Source: Theionarchaea archaeon (GTDB taxonomy: Archaea > Methanobacteriota_B > Thermococci > Methanofastidiosales > SZ-28-30). Taken from it: 64,000 bases of DNA. Below the pieces are notes generated by a model that had not been told where the DNA came from, did no database searches, and saw only the letters and a list, made by a program, of their open reading frames with translations. Positions 28,752-38,036 of the stretch are shown piece by piece (the first letter of the stretch is position 1; the number at the start of each line of letters is the position of its first letter). The stretch spans positions 36,712 through 100,711 of the forward strand of contig JACVGW010000001.1 in NCBI GenBank assembly GCA_018992565.1, given 5' to 3'. A program made the translations under genes and the position numbers.

Positions 28752-29302
28752 AGCGGGTGAAACGATTGGAAATAGAAGTAAAATCCAGAGCTTGCACACT
28801 GGAGGAAGTGGAGGAGAGACTTTTGGCCATGGGGGGTGCATTTGTTGACGAGGTTATCCAGAAAGATACATATTTTAACCATCCCTGCAAAAATTTTGAA
28901 ACGACTGATGAGGCGGTTCGAATCCGGGTCTCCAATGACCGCTCTTATCTTACGTACAAGGGAAAAAAGGTGGATCCTGAAAGCAAGACTCGGGACGAAA
29001 TTGAAATCCTTATTGAAGATTCAGAGAAAGGAAAAGAAATCCTCAAATCCCTGGGCTTCATAGAAGTTGCCATTGTTGCAAAGACTCGGAGAGTGTATAG
29101 TCTGGATGAGTTCTCCGTATGCCTGGACACGGTAGACAAACTGGGAACCTTTGTGGAAGTAGAGGGATATCTGGGTGGGAACCCTGAACTTGTCCACTGT
29201 GAAAAGCTGCGCGACAAGGCTTTGAACCTGCTGAATGAGCTGCACCTCACTGACTGTGAGCGAAGATCATATCTAGAATTGCTTCTTGAGCAGGAAGAAT
29301 GA
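28748..29302 (+). CDS. CYTH-domain protein (class IV adenylyl cyclase / triphosphate tunnel metalloenzyme)
   Basis: It has the N-terminal EIEVK motif, the pattern RIR....YLTYKG and the C-terminal FVEVEG. Its start overlaps the trkA stop (ATGA). Confidence 0.75.
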   Translation: MKRVKRLEIEVKSRACTLEEVEERLLAMGGAFVDEVIQKDTYFNHPCKNFETTDEAVRIRVSNDRSYLTYKGKKVDPESKTRDEIEILIEDSEKGKEILKSLGFIEVAIVAKTRRVYSLDEFSVCLDTVDKLGTFVEVEGYLGGNPELVHCEKLRDKALNLLNELHLTDCERRSYLELLLEQEE

Positions 29303-29348
29303 AGGGTATCGGGTCAAGTCTTTTTAACAATGAAAATGAGAAGAGATT

Positions 29349-30299
29349 ATGTCCATTGAAGATGAGATTGAAACCCTGAGGCAGCAACTTCCCAATATCC
29401 TCTCAAATCCCCCCCATATTCTGAAGGCAGAGGAGGGGGATGTCATCTCTATTGTGGCAGCTGACAGACCGGACAAGGCAGTAGTCATTGGTCCAGGGGG
29501 ATACATCGCAGGACACCTTGCCAAGAACCATGAGAAACCTCTCTCCATTACAGCGTATACTGACGAGTGGATTAGAGACTTCAGAAAAGCAGAATCAAAG
29601 CGCCTGCTGACCATCATGAAGACCATGGTGACCGAAGAACAAAAAAGAGTCCTCCTTCTCCTTGAAAGCCTGCTCATGGGGCATTCATGTACTGATCCAT
29701 CGCTCACTGTAGGTGTTGCACTCTCGGGGGGGAGGGACAGCCTTGCCAGTGCAGTACTACTTCACAACGTGGTCAGAACCCAGGGATTGACTGTGTATCC
29801 ATCTGATATTATACTGCCGCGTCATCAAAGAGAATCACTTGACAGGGCTGTTGATGCTCTGGCTATTGAACACCAGTACGTGGAGGCAGACTTCTCAGAA
29901 ATCATCAACAGGACACTCAAGGGACACATTCACCCCTGCGGTCACTGCCACCAGAAAACATTCAGTGTACTGGTAGACGCCTGCATTGAACATTCAATCT
30001 CGTCCCTGGTTCTTGGAGAACTACTTCCTACTGGCTCTCAATCCCTCAGACTGGTCCGAGGAGTTCTCATTATCAACTTACCTGCTTTTCTGGCTTTGAA
30101 CAAGAGAGATACCACAAATATTGCGTCCCGGATAGAGAAATATTCTGGATTTAGACTCGGATGCCCACTGCTCAAGCAAGCCCATCGGAAATTCCCCAAC
30201 ATGAAATACGCCACTGCCAAGAGGTTGTTCAGAGAAGTGCGAGCCGGAGTGTTAGAGCCAGGAGAAGCTCTCCAGTATCTAAAACCTCTCTTGAAGTGA
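29349..30299 (+). CDS. KH-like domain + PP-loop ATP pyrophosphatase fusion protein
   Basis: The N-terminal block VVIGPGGYIAGHL is GxxG KH-like. The PP-loop motif is ALSGGRDS. A downstream PCGHCHQ pair resembles those of thiolation/lysidine-type PP-loop enzymes. Confidence 0.55.
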   Translation: MSIEDEIETLRQQLPNILSNPPHILKAEEGDVISIVAADRPDKAVVIGPGGYIAGHLAKNHEKPLSITAYTDEWIRDFRKAESKRLLTIMKTMVTEEQKRVLLLLESLLMGHSCTDPSLTVGVALSGGRDSLASAVLLHNVVRTQGLTVYPSDIILPRHQRESLDRAVDALAIEHQYVEADFSEIINRTLKGHIHPCGHCHQKTFSVLVDACIEHSISSLVLGELLPTGSQSLRLVRGVLIINLPAFLALNKRDTTNIASRIEKYSGFRLGCPLLKQAHRKFPNMKYATAKRLFREVRAGVLEPGEALQYLKPLLK

Positions 30300-30311
30300 T
30301 ATCCTGTTAGT

Positions 30312-31121
30312 TCAGGCCCTCAACAACGTCAACTTGCAGTCAATCTTGCTGCATATTCTTGAGAATACGTAACTATAGAACGGGAAAGCGAGTCGGTTGT
30401 CTTCTGAATGTCCTCTGTAGAACTGAAGAGGAAACTCATACAGGGGCGAAATCAGCAAAAATATCTGATAGAAACTGCTTCCAGGTTCTATTCCATCATA
30501 TGGTTCCAGCTCAGCCTTTCCTCGAATGGAAAACTCTCCTTCTGTCTGCTTCTCGATTTCCTCACACACAGTATCAAATCCAGGTTCATTGGAGAGCCTG
30601 GCAACTGGAGCCAGATAGAAAGAAATCCCCAGGGTACAGTACTCAAAGAGATCCGTCTGAGAGATCAAATATCGTATGCAATCCAGGAGCTCGACTTTGT
30701 TTTCTGTGTAATCCACAATAGTCCCGTACCCTTCTGTCCATTCAGAAAGATCTCCTTCAAATCCAAATCGGCTCTTCGTTTCTTGAAGTGTGGCCTCAAT
30801 TCGGGCCCGCAGTCTCTCTGCTACAGCAGAAATAACACCTTCTGGCTCATCCATCTCTTCATCCCAGAGTTCCTCATCTGGCTGAGACACATCCAGGAGC
30901 AATTCCAGGCTGAAGCCCTGAGAAATGTCCACATAGGGAGAATTGAGGATTTTCTTGGTGAGAGCGGAGACTCTCCTGGAATCTGTGGGTATTCCATAGC
31001 ATAGTTCACTGGGATCAAACTCAGTGGTCGACCACCACTCGTCTTCCATGTGCCTATTTATTGTGAGATGATTAAAAACCTTTGGCATCTTTCCCCTTGA
31101 AATCAGCCTGCACATCTGCAT
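30312..31121 (-). CDS. Hypothetical acidic protein
   Basis: Long ORF with no recognisable motif. The start is uncertain because there are several N-terminal Met codons. Confidence 0.4.
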   Translation of the reverse strand: MQMCRLISRGKMPKVFNHLTINRHMEDEWWSTTEFDPSELCYGIPTDSRRVSALTKKILNSPYVDISQGFSLELLLDVSQPDEELWDEEMDEPEGVISAVAERLRARIEATLQETKSRFGFEGDLSEWTEGYGTIVDYTENKVELLDCIRYLISQTDLFEYCTLGISFYLAPVARLSNEPGFDTVCEEIEKQTEGEFSIRGKAELEPYDGIEPGSSFYQIFLLISPLYEFPLQFYRGHSEDNRLAFPFYSYVFSRICSKIDCKLTLLRA

Positions 31122-31170
31122 GAGGTTGACTGCTATGAAAAGAATTTAAACTCCAGAATACAGCAAGATC

Positions 31171-31671
31171 ATGCCTCTGAGAACTGCAAGAAAACGTAGA
31201 GTGCAGACAGACTATGACCGAACAGCACTGTTCTATGAGAAGAGGTATCTGTCTATCCAGTGGGAAAAGTACTCTATTATGATGGAAAACCATCTAAAGG
31301 GATGTATCCTTGATTTAGGATGTGGAACGGGACTTTTATCTGAATACCTTCATAGCCGAATAGTGGGAATAGACATCTCCTTCAAGATGCTGGACCAGGC
31401 CAGAACCAGAGAACGTGTTGTACAGGGAGACATGGATTTCCTACCTTTTAGAAACGAAGTTTTTGATGCTGTAGTATCTTTCACCTCCCTGCAGAATCTC
31501 TCAGATGTGAACCCTGCATTGAAGGAAGTGAGACGAGTTCTCAAGAGTGGATCTCCTTTCATAGTGACCCTTCTGAACAAAGGCTCCTCAGTCGAGAAAG
31601 AAATTGAGAAATACTTCACTATTATATCAATTCGGCAGTGCGGAGAAGACATTGGATTCATATGCTGGTAA
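31171..31671 (+). CDS. Class I SAM-dependent methyltransferase
   Basis: Motif I is ILDLGCGTGLL. The post-I acidic residue and the motif FDAVVSFTSLQ are present. Confidence 0.7.
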   Translation: MPLRTARKRRVQTDYDRTALFYEKRYLSIQWEKYSIMMENHLKGCILDLGCGTGLLSEYLHSRIVGIDISFKMLDQARTRERVVQGDMDFLPFRNEVFDAVVSFTSLQNLSDVNPALKEVRRVLKSGSPFIVTLLNKGSSVEKEIEKYFTIISIRQCGEDIGFICW

Positions 31672-31912
31672 AACAAGGTGGGCCTGCTTGGAGCTTTCCC
31701 TCTTTCGAGGTTCTTTCCTTCTTTCCTTTTCAGGATCGATTTCTGCCGCATTGACACGAGGTCTTTGCGAGCTCTCCTTACAGACCCATTCCCTATTAGG
31801 GGGACTCAATATATAAATCTTTCGGTTCAGTTGTGTTACATTAAACTATAGGTAAAAAGAAATTTCCACTGGAAGTTTTTCATGAATTACTCTTCTCAAA
31901 ATGAGTTGACTT

Positions 31913-32689
31913 CTAAAATTCCTCCAAAATTTCGTAGTCTGCAAAATCATTATAGAATAATACCTTTTTAGCAAAAATAAATCCTTCTTTTCTACATTTC
32001 GATACCAGGGGATGAACATCCCGATACGTTCTTGAGACATGAGCTATGGCAATGGTAGTATCAGGGAGTTCCTTCTTGATCTGCTTGAGGTCTCTGAAAT
32101 GGACATGAAAGCGGTCTTCAGTCTCCTGGTACTTGCTGTCCTCAAAATACCTGCATTCAGTAACGAGAAGATGAGGACTGAGGTCTGCAATGCGAGCTTG
32201 ATTTTCTGAAGAAGAACCCTTCCAATCTCCTGTGATGAGCACTGTGAACTCTGTGTCTATTTTTTCAATGAACAGCCCCAAGTTCAGAAAAGAGTGCTCC
32301 AGGGGAATGGCTGTCAGCATGGAATTGTTGATGGGGATCTTCTGGAAAGGAATGACTGGGTTGAGCACTCGCTTTCCCTTTGAATGGAATTTGTACAGCT
32401 CTTCATGGAGCTTGAAACAGCTCATGCCATTCACTTGTGTGGTATCAAGAGGCGCAAAAATAGTGATTACCTCCCCCTGCTCCAAGAGGTAGTCAGCTCC
32501 CCCTGCTATGCTGCTTCTGATGTGGTCGAAGTGGAAATGGGTGATCCAGTGCACAAACTTGTCTGCTCGATTTGAACAGGCAGCGTCAACGCTGTAGTAC
32601 TTGTCCTGGATTCTCACACTGATATACGGATGGTATGGAGCGTGGAGTTCCAATTTGGCGACGCTGCTGCCAGTCCTGTCAACCATCAT
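31913..32689 (-). CDS. Metallo-beta-lactamase-fold hydrolase
   Basis: The HxHxDH motif is present (THFHFDHI). Confidence 0.6.
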   Translation of the reverse strand: MMVDRTGSSVAKLELHAPYHPYISVRIQDKYYSVDAACSNRADKFVHWITHFHFDHIRSSIAGGADYLLEQGEVITIFAPLDTTQVNGMSCFKLHEELYKFHSKGKRVLNPVIPFQKIPINNSMLTAIPLEHSFLNLGLFIEKIDTEFTVLITGDWKGSSSENQARIADLSPHLLVTECRYFEDSKYQETEDRFHVHFRDLKQIKKELPDTTIAIAHVSRTYRDVHPLVSKCRKEGFIFAKKVLFYNDFADYEILEEF

Positions 32690-32841
32690 GTAAAGGATGA
32701 GAATCCCGCATATAAAGGTTTCCCCAGCTTTACATAAAATTGAGAGAAATCTGTTTTAGTAGTGGAAGAGCGCAGGTGAGAAAAGTATCACGAGAGCAGG
32801 CTGCAGTTCAAGAAATGTGGGTATTCTCGGGTTCCTGTCCC

Positions 32842-33585
32842 TTACAGATAGTCAATAATACTGGCAATGATCCTGTTTTCACCTTCAGCCAGCTGTTCAT
32901 AGACAGTGGCTGGTGACAGCCCCAATTCATCTGCCAGATCTTTGATGCGTGCTCTCTTGGGTATCTCGAAATACCCTCTCAAGTATGCTCTTTTCAGTGT
33001 TCGCAACTGCTTCTCAGAAAGCAGCCCTTTCAACTCTACAACATTAATGAAAAAGGAGTCATCCACATGTTCGAGGGGATGGACTGCTGTTATCTTCACT
33101 TCTCCAATATTCTGAAGCATCTCTACCACATTCCGCAGTTTGTCAGCATCTGGGGCCAGAATCCTGTAGTGCTTGGCTCCTTTGCAGGTGACAATAGGAT
33201 TGGGAAGAAGGTAGTAACATCCTCCTCTGGAGAGAATGTCATGAACTTTGTATCTATTCTCACACCGGCACACACTCTGAACAACAATTTCATTCTGATT
33301 TTGGGAGAAGATGTCAAGTGATACAAGAGTGTCATCAGCTCTGGCCTTTTCAAGCGCTGCTCGAAGCTGAAGGGAGTCCTCACATTCCCATCGAGAAAGG
33401 CCCTTTTCCTGATGAATAGAAAAAACAGTCATGGTGATATCCGGAAACTCCTGTGAAAGCTTCTGGGCCCAGCAGCGCTCTGGTTTTATCTGGAAGCTTG
33501 CTTCTATCATGCACCTAACATATTTGGTCTGCATAAAAGGATTGTCATGAAAGAAGAGGTTATGTGACACAGGGGCAGCCTCCAA
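32842..33585 (-). CDS. HTH_10 (Bat-type) transcriptional regulator
   Basis: The C-terminal block LSEKQLRTLKRAYLRGYFEIPKRARIKDLADELGLSPATVYEQL is the HTH_10 signature. The true start may be the internal ATG at 33534. Confidence 0.65.
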   Translation of the reverse strand: MEAAPVSHNLFFHDNPFMQTKYVRCMIEASFQIKPERCWAQKLSQEFPDITMTVFSIHQEKGLSRWECEDSLQLRAALEKARADDTLVSLDIFSQNQNEIVVQSVCRCENRYKVHDILSRGGCYYLLPNPIVTCKGAKHYRILAPDADKLRNVVEMLQNIGEVKITAVHPLEHVDDSFFINVVELKGLLSEKQLRTLKRAYLRGYFEIPKRARIKDLADELGLSPATVYEQLAEGENRIIASIIDYL

Positions 33586-33588
33586 ACC

Positions 33589-33598
33589 TTTTTATAAT
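33589..33598. promoter_or_regulatory. Shared AT-rich TATA-like element between divergent genes
   Basis: TTTTTATAAT sits in the 22-nt gap between the maximal ORFs of the HTH_10 gene and the 908-aa gene. This implies that both real starts lie further inside (ATG 33534 and ATG 33647). Confidence 0.3.
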
Positions 33599-33607
33599 CA
33601 TGAAAGA

Positions 33608-36334
33608 ATGAGAAAATCCTCAACAGAAATCCTGTGGTGGTATGAGATGTACAAAGGATATCCTATTTGTCTCGAGGAAGACGATGGGACAGTTTCAGTG
33701 CTGCGTCTGAAACTTGAACCGCTGGACAAGATACGCCTACATGAAGAGGTCATCCCTGAGGCGTTTAGAAAAATCTGTAAGGCGATATGTGAAGAAAAAG
33801 TCCTTCAGGATCCAATCTTCGTTGACGAGCAGTCAAAAGTCATACTGGATGGAATGCACAGGGCTGCAGCGCTGCTCATGCTACAGTCAGGAGACTGCAA
33901 AAACCTTTTCTGGGACGAGACTGAGAAGCATTACACGTATTCGCAGTGCGAGAACTGCTCCGGCAAATTCAAGAATCTGGAGTACATTTTGTGCTGCTCC
34001 CTAGACTACGTCAACAGCAAGGCTGTGACACTGAAAAAGTGGTATCGAGGAGTTGACTTCCCTTTTGAAACAGCAATTGAGCTTTTGAAAACCAGGTATG
34101 CCATGCGAGAACAGACGGGAAAAAACGCATCTCTTCTGAAGGAAGACGCTTTTGCAGTCTTGACTGATGGAAAGAGATACGTCTCTCTCTCCGCTGGTTT
34201 TGACACAACGCTGGACAAATACATGTCTCTCCGAGACGTGGAATCCCTGATACGGGAAAATGGGGGTCACATTATGTACTGTGCTGATGAAGAAGCATAT
34301 TCGCTGCTGGAGCAGAAGAAGTTCTCATTTCTGATGATAACACCTACCATAACTCGTGAGGATGTGCAGACCTTTTCCAAGCCAGGACTTCCTGAAAAAG
34401 GAGAAGTCTTCCCTCCGAAATCTACGCGTCATCGTCTTGCCGCACGCCCTCTCAAGATCAACATTCCGCTCAGGTTACTGGAAAAGGGAGAGTATCAATT
34501 CAAACAGGAACAACTCAAAGTGTTCTTGAGAAGAAAGCGTAAATTGACTGTAACAGGCAGGCTGGAGCAATACCTGGAGAAACATAAGATACTGTTTGGA
34601 GAACCTGCAGAGTTGAAAGAACCTCTGGAAACCCCGTATCTGTGGATATGTGAATTCCCTCTGGAATTCTATGAGATTAAATACGATGTGGACCAGTTCA
34701 CTGAAGCTGTGTCTGCAGACTTGATACAGAAGGGGATGGAATTGGCATATTCTGCCTTGATCAGGGAGACCAATCGCCTGCTGCTTATTATTTCTGGTGT
34801 GAAAGATGAAATAAAGACTGAAGAGAGACTTATGTCCTTAATGGTTTCCCATTTTCCAGGTTACAAGATGAAGAACTTATTCGGCCACAGGAAGAACGGG
34901 TCCCCAGTGTGGATGATTCCTATGGAAGACTGTACTCCTTCGAGAGCCTATTTTGAACGCAACGAGAGGTTATTGAGAAAGCTGGTGAGGACTCACAATG
35001 CTGTGCAATCTGGGAGAGGAGGATTCCAGCAGGCTCTCACCAGCGCATACACGGATATCATGGTGACACATAGCTCACAGGAGCTTCTCCTCTTATTTGC
35101 CTTTCATGTCCTGGATAGCGCACCGCGGTGCAAAGTGTTTGAATATCTCCACGAGGACATTGATGACCACCAGAAGGTTTTCTCAGGAATAGAGACACTC
35201 AGGAAGAAAGGACTTCTTTCCTTGCATGACGGAGAGATTGAGCTCACTGAAAATGGTAAAGAAGTCATCACAGGGGCTCTCGCTGCCACCGGGGAACTCA
35301 CCAGCCTTTTGAGGGAGCTGTCCACAGACAAGTTCACTGGCTTTCTGAGAAAAATCGATTCAAACGTAACTCATGTCATAAAACCTGATGGCAGAAAAGA
35401 TGAGTTTCATATTGGAAGTATCATGGAATCATTGATCTTCACCGATATGGGGTGGAGAAAGGTGGCAGATGTTCTGGACAGGGTTGCAGAGGAGTTCGAG
35501 AATGTTGATTTTGTCTCTTCTGATGAGCTAACAAGCTTTGTGCAACGATACCTGGAAGAAGAACATCCACTGAGTAATGTGCCTTCCAGATACGACTATT
35601 TCATTAATTCGAGAGATCACATCTTCTCCAGAGGAGCCAGAGTCACCTCCCTGTCTCGGAATCAGATTGAACAGGACATTGATGAATTCATCCCGGAGTG
35701 CCTTGAAATGAGTGCCAGTCAGAAATCTCAGCTCTCAAACATGATATATGAAGGAGTGAGGCTCCTGACTATTCCCCTGGTGAAGGAACTGTACGAAAAA
35801 GAGCAAATTGTATTTGAAAAGCACCTTCTCCATGAGATTGAGAAATTTCTGGTGGATCAGGCAGTTCCCATCCTTGGCAAGATCAGAGATAGTCCTTCCC
35901 AGGCAGTGATTGCATATGTGAAAGAGACTCTGAAAAAGGCAGATACCCATATTGAAATAAGCGAAGACCTGCTACAGAGAATGGACTCTGAGTTCATAAG
36001 GTACTATCTTTCAGCCATGGATGAATTGACAGAATCTGTTTCAGTGGGATTGGGTAAGGTGCCTTTCTTCAGTGTGTTTGGCAGGTTGAGCCAGCTGGCT
36101 CTCGTGGTGGGAGAGCCAGAAGCCACTCCACTCTACTTCGAGCTAGACAACCTCCGCCAGTTTCTCAGTCATATGAGAAGCGTTTTCAGGAGAGCTACTT
36201 CATTACTGGATCAGTGGCGTAGTTCATATGCTCTTGAAGAAAAGGCCATACTGAAGGGGCACAAGAAAGCCTGGGAGAGTCATCTGAGAGACGTGAAGGG
36301 ATTAATTGGAAGATGTGAAAAAGCCCTGCCCTGA
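33608..36334 (+). CDS. Large multidomain protein: N-terminal ParB/Srx-fold domain + winged helix + ATP-cone + helical C-terminal region
   Basis: The ParB-type block is LDKIRLHEEVIPEAFRKICKAICEEKVLQDPIFVDEQSKVILDGMHRAAAL, with DGxHR at about nt 33848-33862. The wHTH-like block VFEYLHEDIDDHQKVFSGIETLRKKGLLSLHDGEIELTENGKEV lies at about nt 35130-35270. The ATP-cone-like block HVIKPDGRKDEFHIGSIMESLIFTDMGWRKVADVLDRVAEEFENVDFVSSDELTSFVQRYLEEE lies at about nt 35368-35570. An alternative start is ATG 33647, after GGTGGT. Confidence 0.6.
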   Translation: MRKSSTEILWWYEMYKGYPICLEEDDGTVSVLRLKLEPLDKIRLHEEVIPEAFRKICKAICEEKVLQDPIFVDEQSKVILDGMHRAAALLMLQSGDCKNLFWDETEKHYTYSQCENCSGKFKNLEYILCCSLDYVNSKAVTLKKWYRGVDFPFETAIELLKTRYAMREQTGKNASLLKEDAFAVLTDGKRYVSLSAGFDTTLDKYMSLRDVESLIRENGGHIMYCADEEAYSLLEQKKFSFLMITPTITREDVQTFSKPGLPEKGEVFPPKSTRHRLAARPLKINIPLRLLEKGEYQFKQEQLKVFLRRKRKLTVTGRLEQYLEKHKILFGEPAELKEPLETPYLWICEFPLEFYEIKYDVDQFTEAVSADLIQKGMELAYSALIRETNRLLLIISGVKDEIKTEERLMSLMVSHFPGYKMKNLFGHRKNGSPVWMIPMEDCTPSRAYFERNERLLRKLVRTHNAVQSGRGGFQQALTSAYTDIMVTHSSQELLLLFAFHVLDSAPRCKVFEYLHEDIDDHQKVFSGIETLRKKGLLSLHDGEIELTENGKEVITGALAATGELTSLLRELSTDKFTGFLRKIDSNVTHVIKPDGRKDEFHIGSIMESLIFTDMGWRKVADVLDRVAEEFENVDFVSSDELTSFVQRYLEEEHPLSNVPSRYDYFINSRDHIFSRGARVTSLSRNQIEQDIDEFIPECLEMSASQKSQLSNMIYEGVRLLTIPLVKELYEKEQIVFEKHLLHEIEKFLVDQAVPILGKIRDSPSQAVIAYVKETLKKADTHIEISEDLLQRMDSEFIRYYLSAMDELTESVSVGLGKVPFFSVFGRLSQLALVVGEPEATPLYFELDNLRQFLSHMRSVFRRATSLLDQWRSSYALEEKAILKGHKKAWESHLRDVKGLIGRCEKALP

Positions 36335-36538
36335 TGTGATGGTGGCTAGTACGGTTCCTGCCATACAGAAGAGGCAAGATGAATGATGGGCTCAACGGCA
36401 TTATAGATTCACATGCACGATAACGTATTCGGACTGCAAGAGGGTATTCTACACTTCTCCAGAGGTTCTGGAAATCAACAGCTGTATTCGCAGAGGGTTC
36501 ACACTTCTTGTGATACTATGCTACAAATTCACACATAG

Positions 36539-36547
36539 ATATATAAA
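36539..36547 (+). promoter_or_regulatory. TATA-box-like element upstream of the KaiC-like gene
   Basis: ATATATAAA ends 34 nt upstream of ATG 36581. It lies within a 247-nt gap. Confidence 0.3.
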
Positions 36548-36580
36548 CTTATAAAGGGAACCTCATAAGGGTTGAATTCT

Positions 36581-37999
36581 ATGGGAAGGATCAGAATCCC
36601 TAGAGAGGTTGCTAACTTCCTGAAACAGGAAGGAAGTCAGAGACTGATTGTGAAAGGTGATGCAGGAACAGGTAAGACAATTTTTGTTCTGTCACTGCTG
36701 CGATATCTTTCACGCTACAGCCAGGGAGTCTATGTCTCCACTAGGGTAACCCATAAGGACATCTACCGGTATACCCCGTGGGTGAGAGACAAGATTCAGA
36801 AGGATAACATCATTGACGCTACAAACCCTCAGGGCACGCTCTTGTCTATGGAATCTGAGTTGAAGTACAACAGCGCAGGTGACTTTGTAAAGATCATAGC
36901 TGACAAGTGCCGGCTTCTGGAAGTCCTAGACATGAAATACGGTTGCGTGATCATTGATTCCTGGGAATCTCTGGTGGCCAATATCCCATATCCTCGAACT
37001 GATGGTGGAATTCAGTTGGAACGGACTTTGATAGATCTTTCCAAAGAAATGAATGTCAACCTCATTCTCACCCTGGAAACCACGGCCAGCACCCGGCTGG
37101 ACTATGTGGCAGATGGCGTGGTCTCCATGGAAAAAGAACTCATCAATGAAAACAGAATCCGCACCATGCGACTGAAAAAACTGAGAGGGGTCAAGATTAC
37201 AAACCCTGTCTATCCTTTTACGTTGGACGGTGGGAAATTTCAGGTTCTGGAACCTGAGCCCATATACTTCGAACCCAAGAAGTCCAAGCGATTGAGGAGG
37301 ATACGACCTCCCACACCTAACCATGTCTCCTCGGGGATCAGAGACTTTGATGGGCTGCTGGGAAGTGGTCTCAAGAAAGGCAGCCTGAACCTCTTGGAGG
37401 TGGGAAAGGGATTGGGATTTTCTTACATTCCTTTTGTCACCATTTCTGTCATCAATGCCTTGAATACTGGAATGAGCGCCATTGTAGCAGTACCTGAAGG
37501 GATCAACTTCTCATTATTGAAGGAACGGCTGGTTGGGCCGTTCGTTAAGCCTGAATTGTACAGCAATGCACGGGTGGTGGAGGAGACATACATGCCTGAA
37601 AATGAACTCCCTTCTGAAGTCACTCCATTGAGAATTGCCAGAACACACAAGGATTTTCTTGATCTCCTGGAAGCACTGAGAGAGAGACTGCAGCGTCCGA
37701 CTCTGCAGATCATAGGAATGGACAACGTGGAACACAAGTATGGATTCTCCAATATCCAGAGTGACCTTGGAAGAGTCTCGTCTCAAAACAGGAGCTCCCA
37801 GGACATAACAGTGCTGGTTGCAAAAGAAGGACAGCAAATCACTCCCCACCTGGGCCACATATGCGACACACACTGGAGACTGGAGACCATTAGCAAATGT
37901 CTCTTCATGGAAGGCATCATACCCAAGACAGGTCTCTATCATATACATTTTTACGATTCCACGTCAGGTCCTGCAGCCCGGCTGACTCCTCTTCTCTGA
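36581..37999 (+). CDS. Two-domain KaiC/RecA-superfamily ATPase (first P-loop intact, second degenerate)
   Basis: Domain 1 has Walker A GDAGTGKT and Walker B-like CVIIDSWE. Domain 2 begins with the KaiC-type SGIRDFDGLLGSGLKKGSLNLLEVG, but GKGLGFSY replaces the P-loop. Confidence 0.65.
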   Translation: MGRIRIPREVANFLKQEGSQRLIVKGDAGTGKTIFVLSLLRYLSRYSQGVYVSTRVTHKDIYRYTPWVRDKIQKDNIIDATNPQGTLLSMESELKYNSAGDFVKIIADKCRLLEVLDMKYGCVIIDSWESLVANIPYPRTDGGIQLERTLIDLSKEMNVNLILTLETTASTRLDYVADGVVSMEKELINENRIRTMRLKKLRGVKITNPVYPFTLDGGKFQVLEPEPIYFEPKKSKRLRRIRPPTPNHVSSGIRDFDGLLGSGLKKGSLNLLEVGKGLGFSYIPFVTISVINALNTGMSAIVAVPEGINFSLLKERLVGPFVKPELYSNARVVEETYMPENELPSEVTPLRIARTHKDFLDLLEALRERLQRPTLQIIGMDNVEHKYGFSNIQSDLGRVSSQNRSSQDITVLVAKEGQQITPHLGHICDTHWRLETISKCLFMEGIIPKTGLYHIHFYDSTSGPAARLTPLL

Positions 38000-38036
38000 C
38001 CACAAGACTTATATTTGGCTATCTGTAGGTGTTCGT

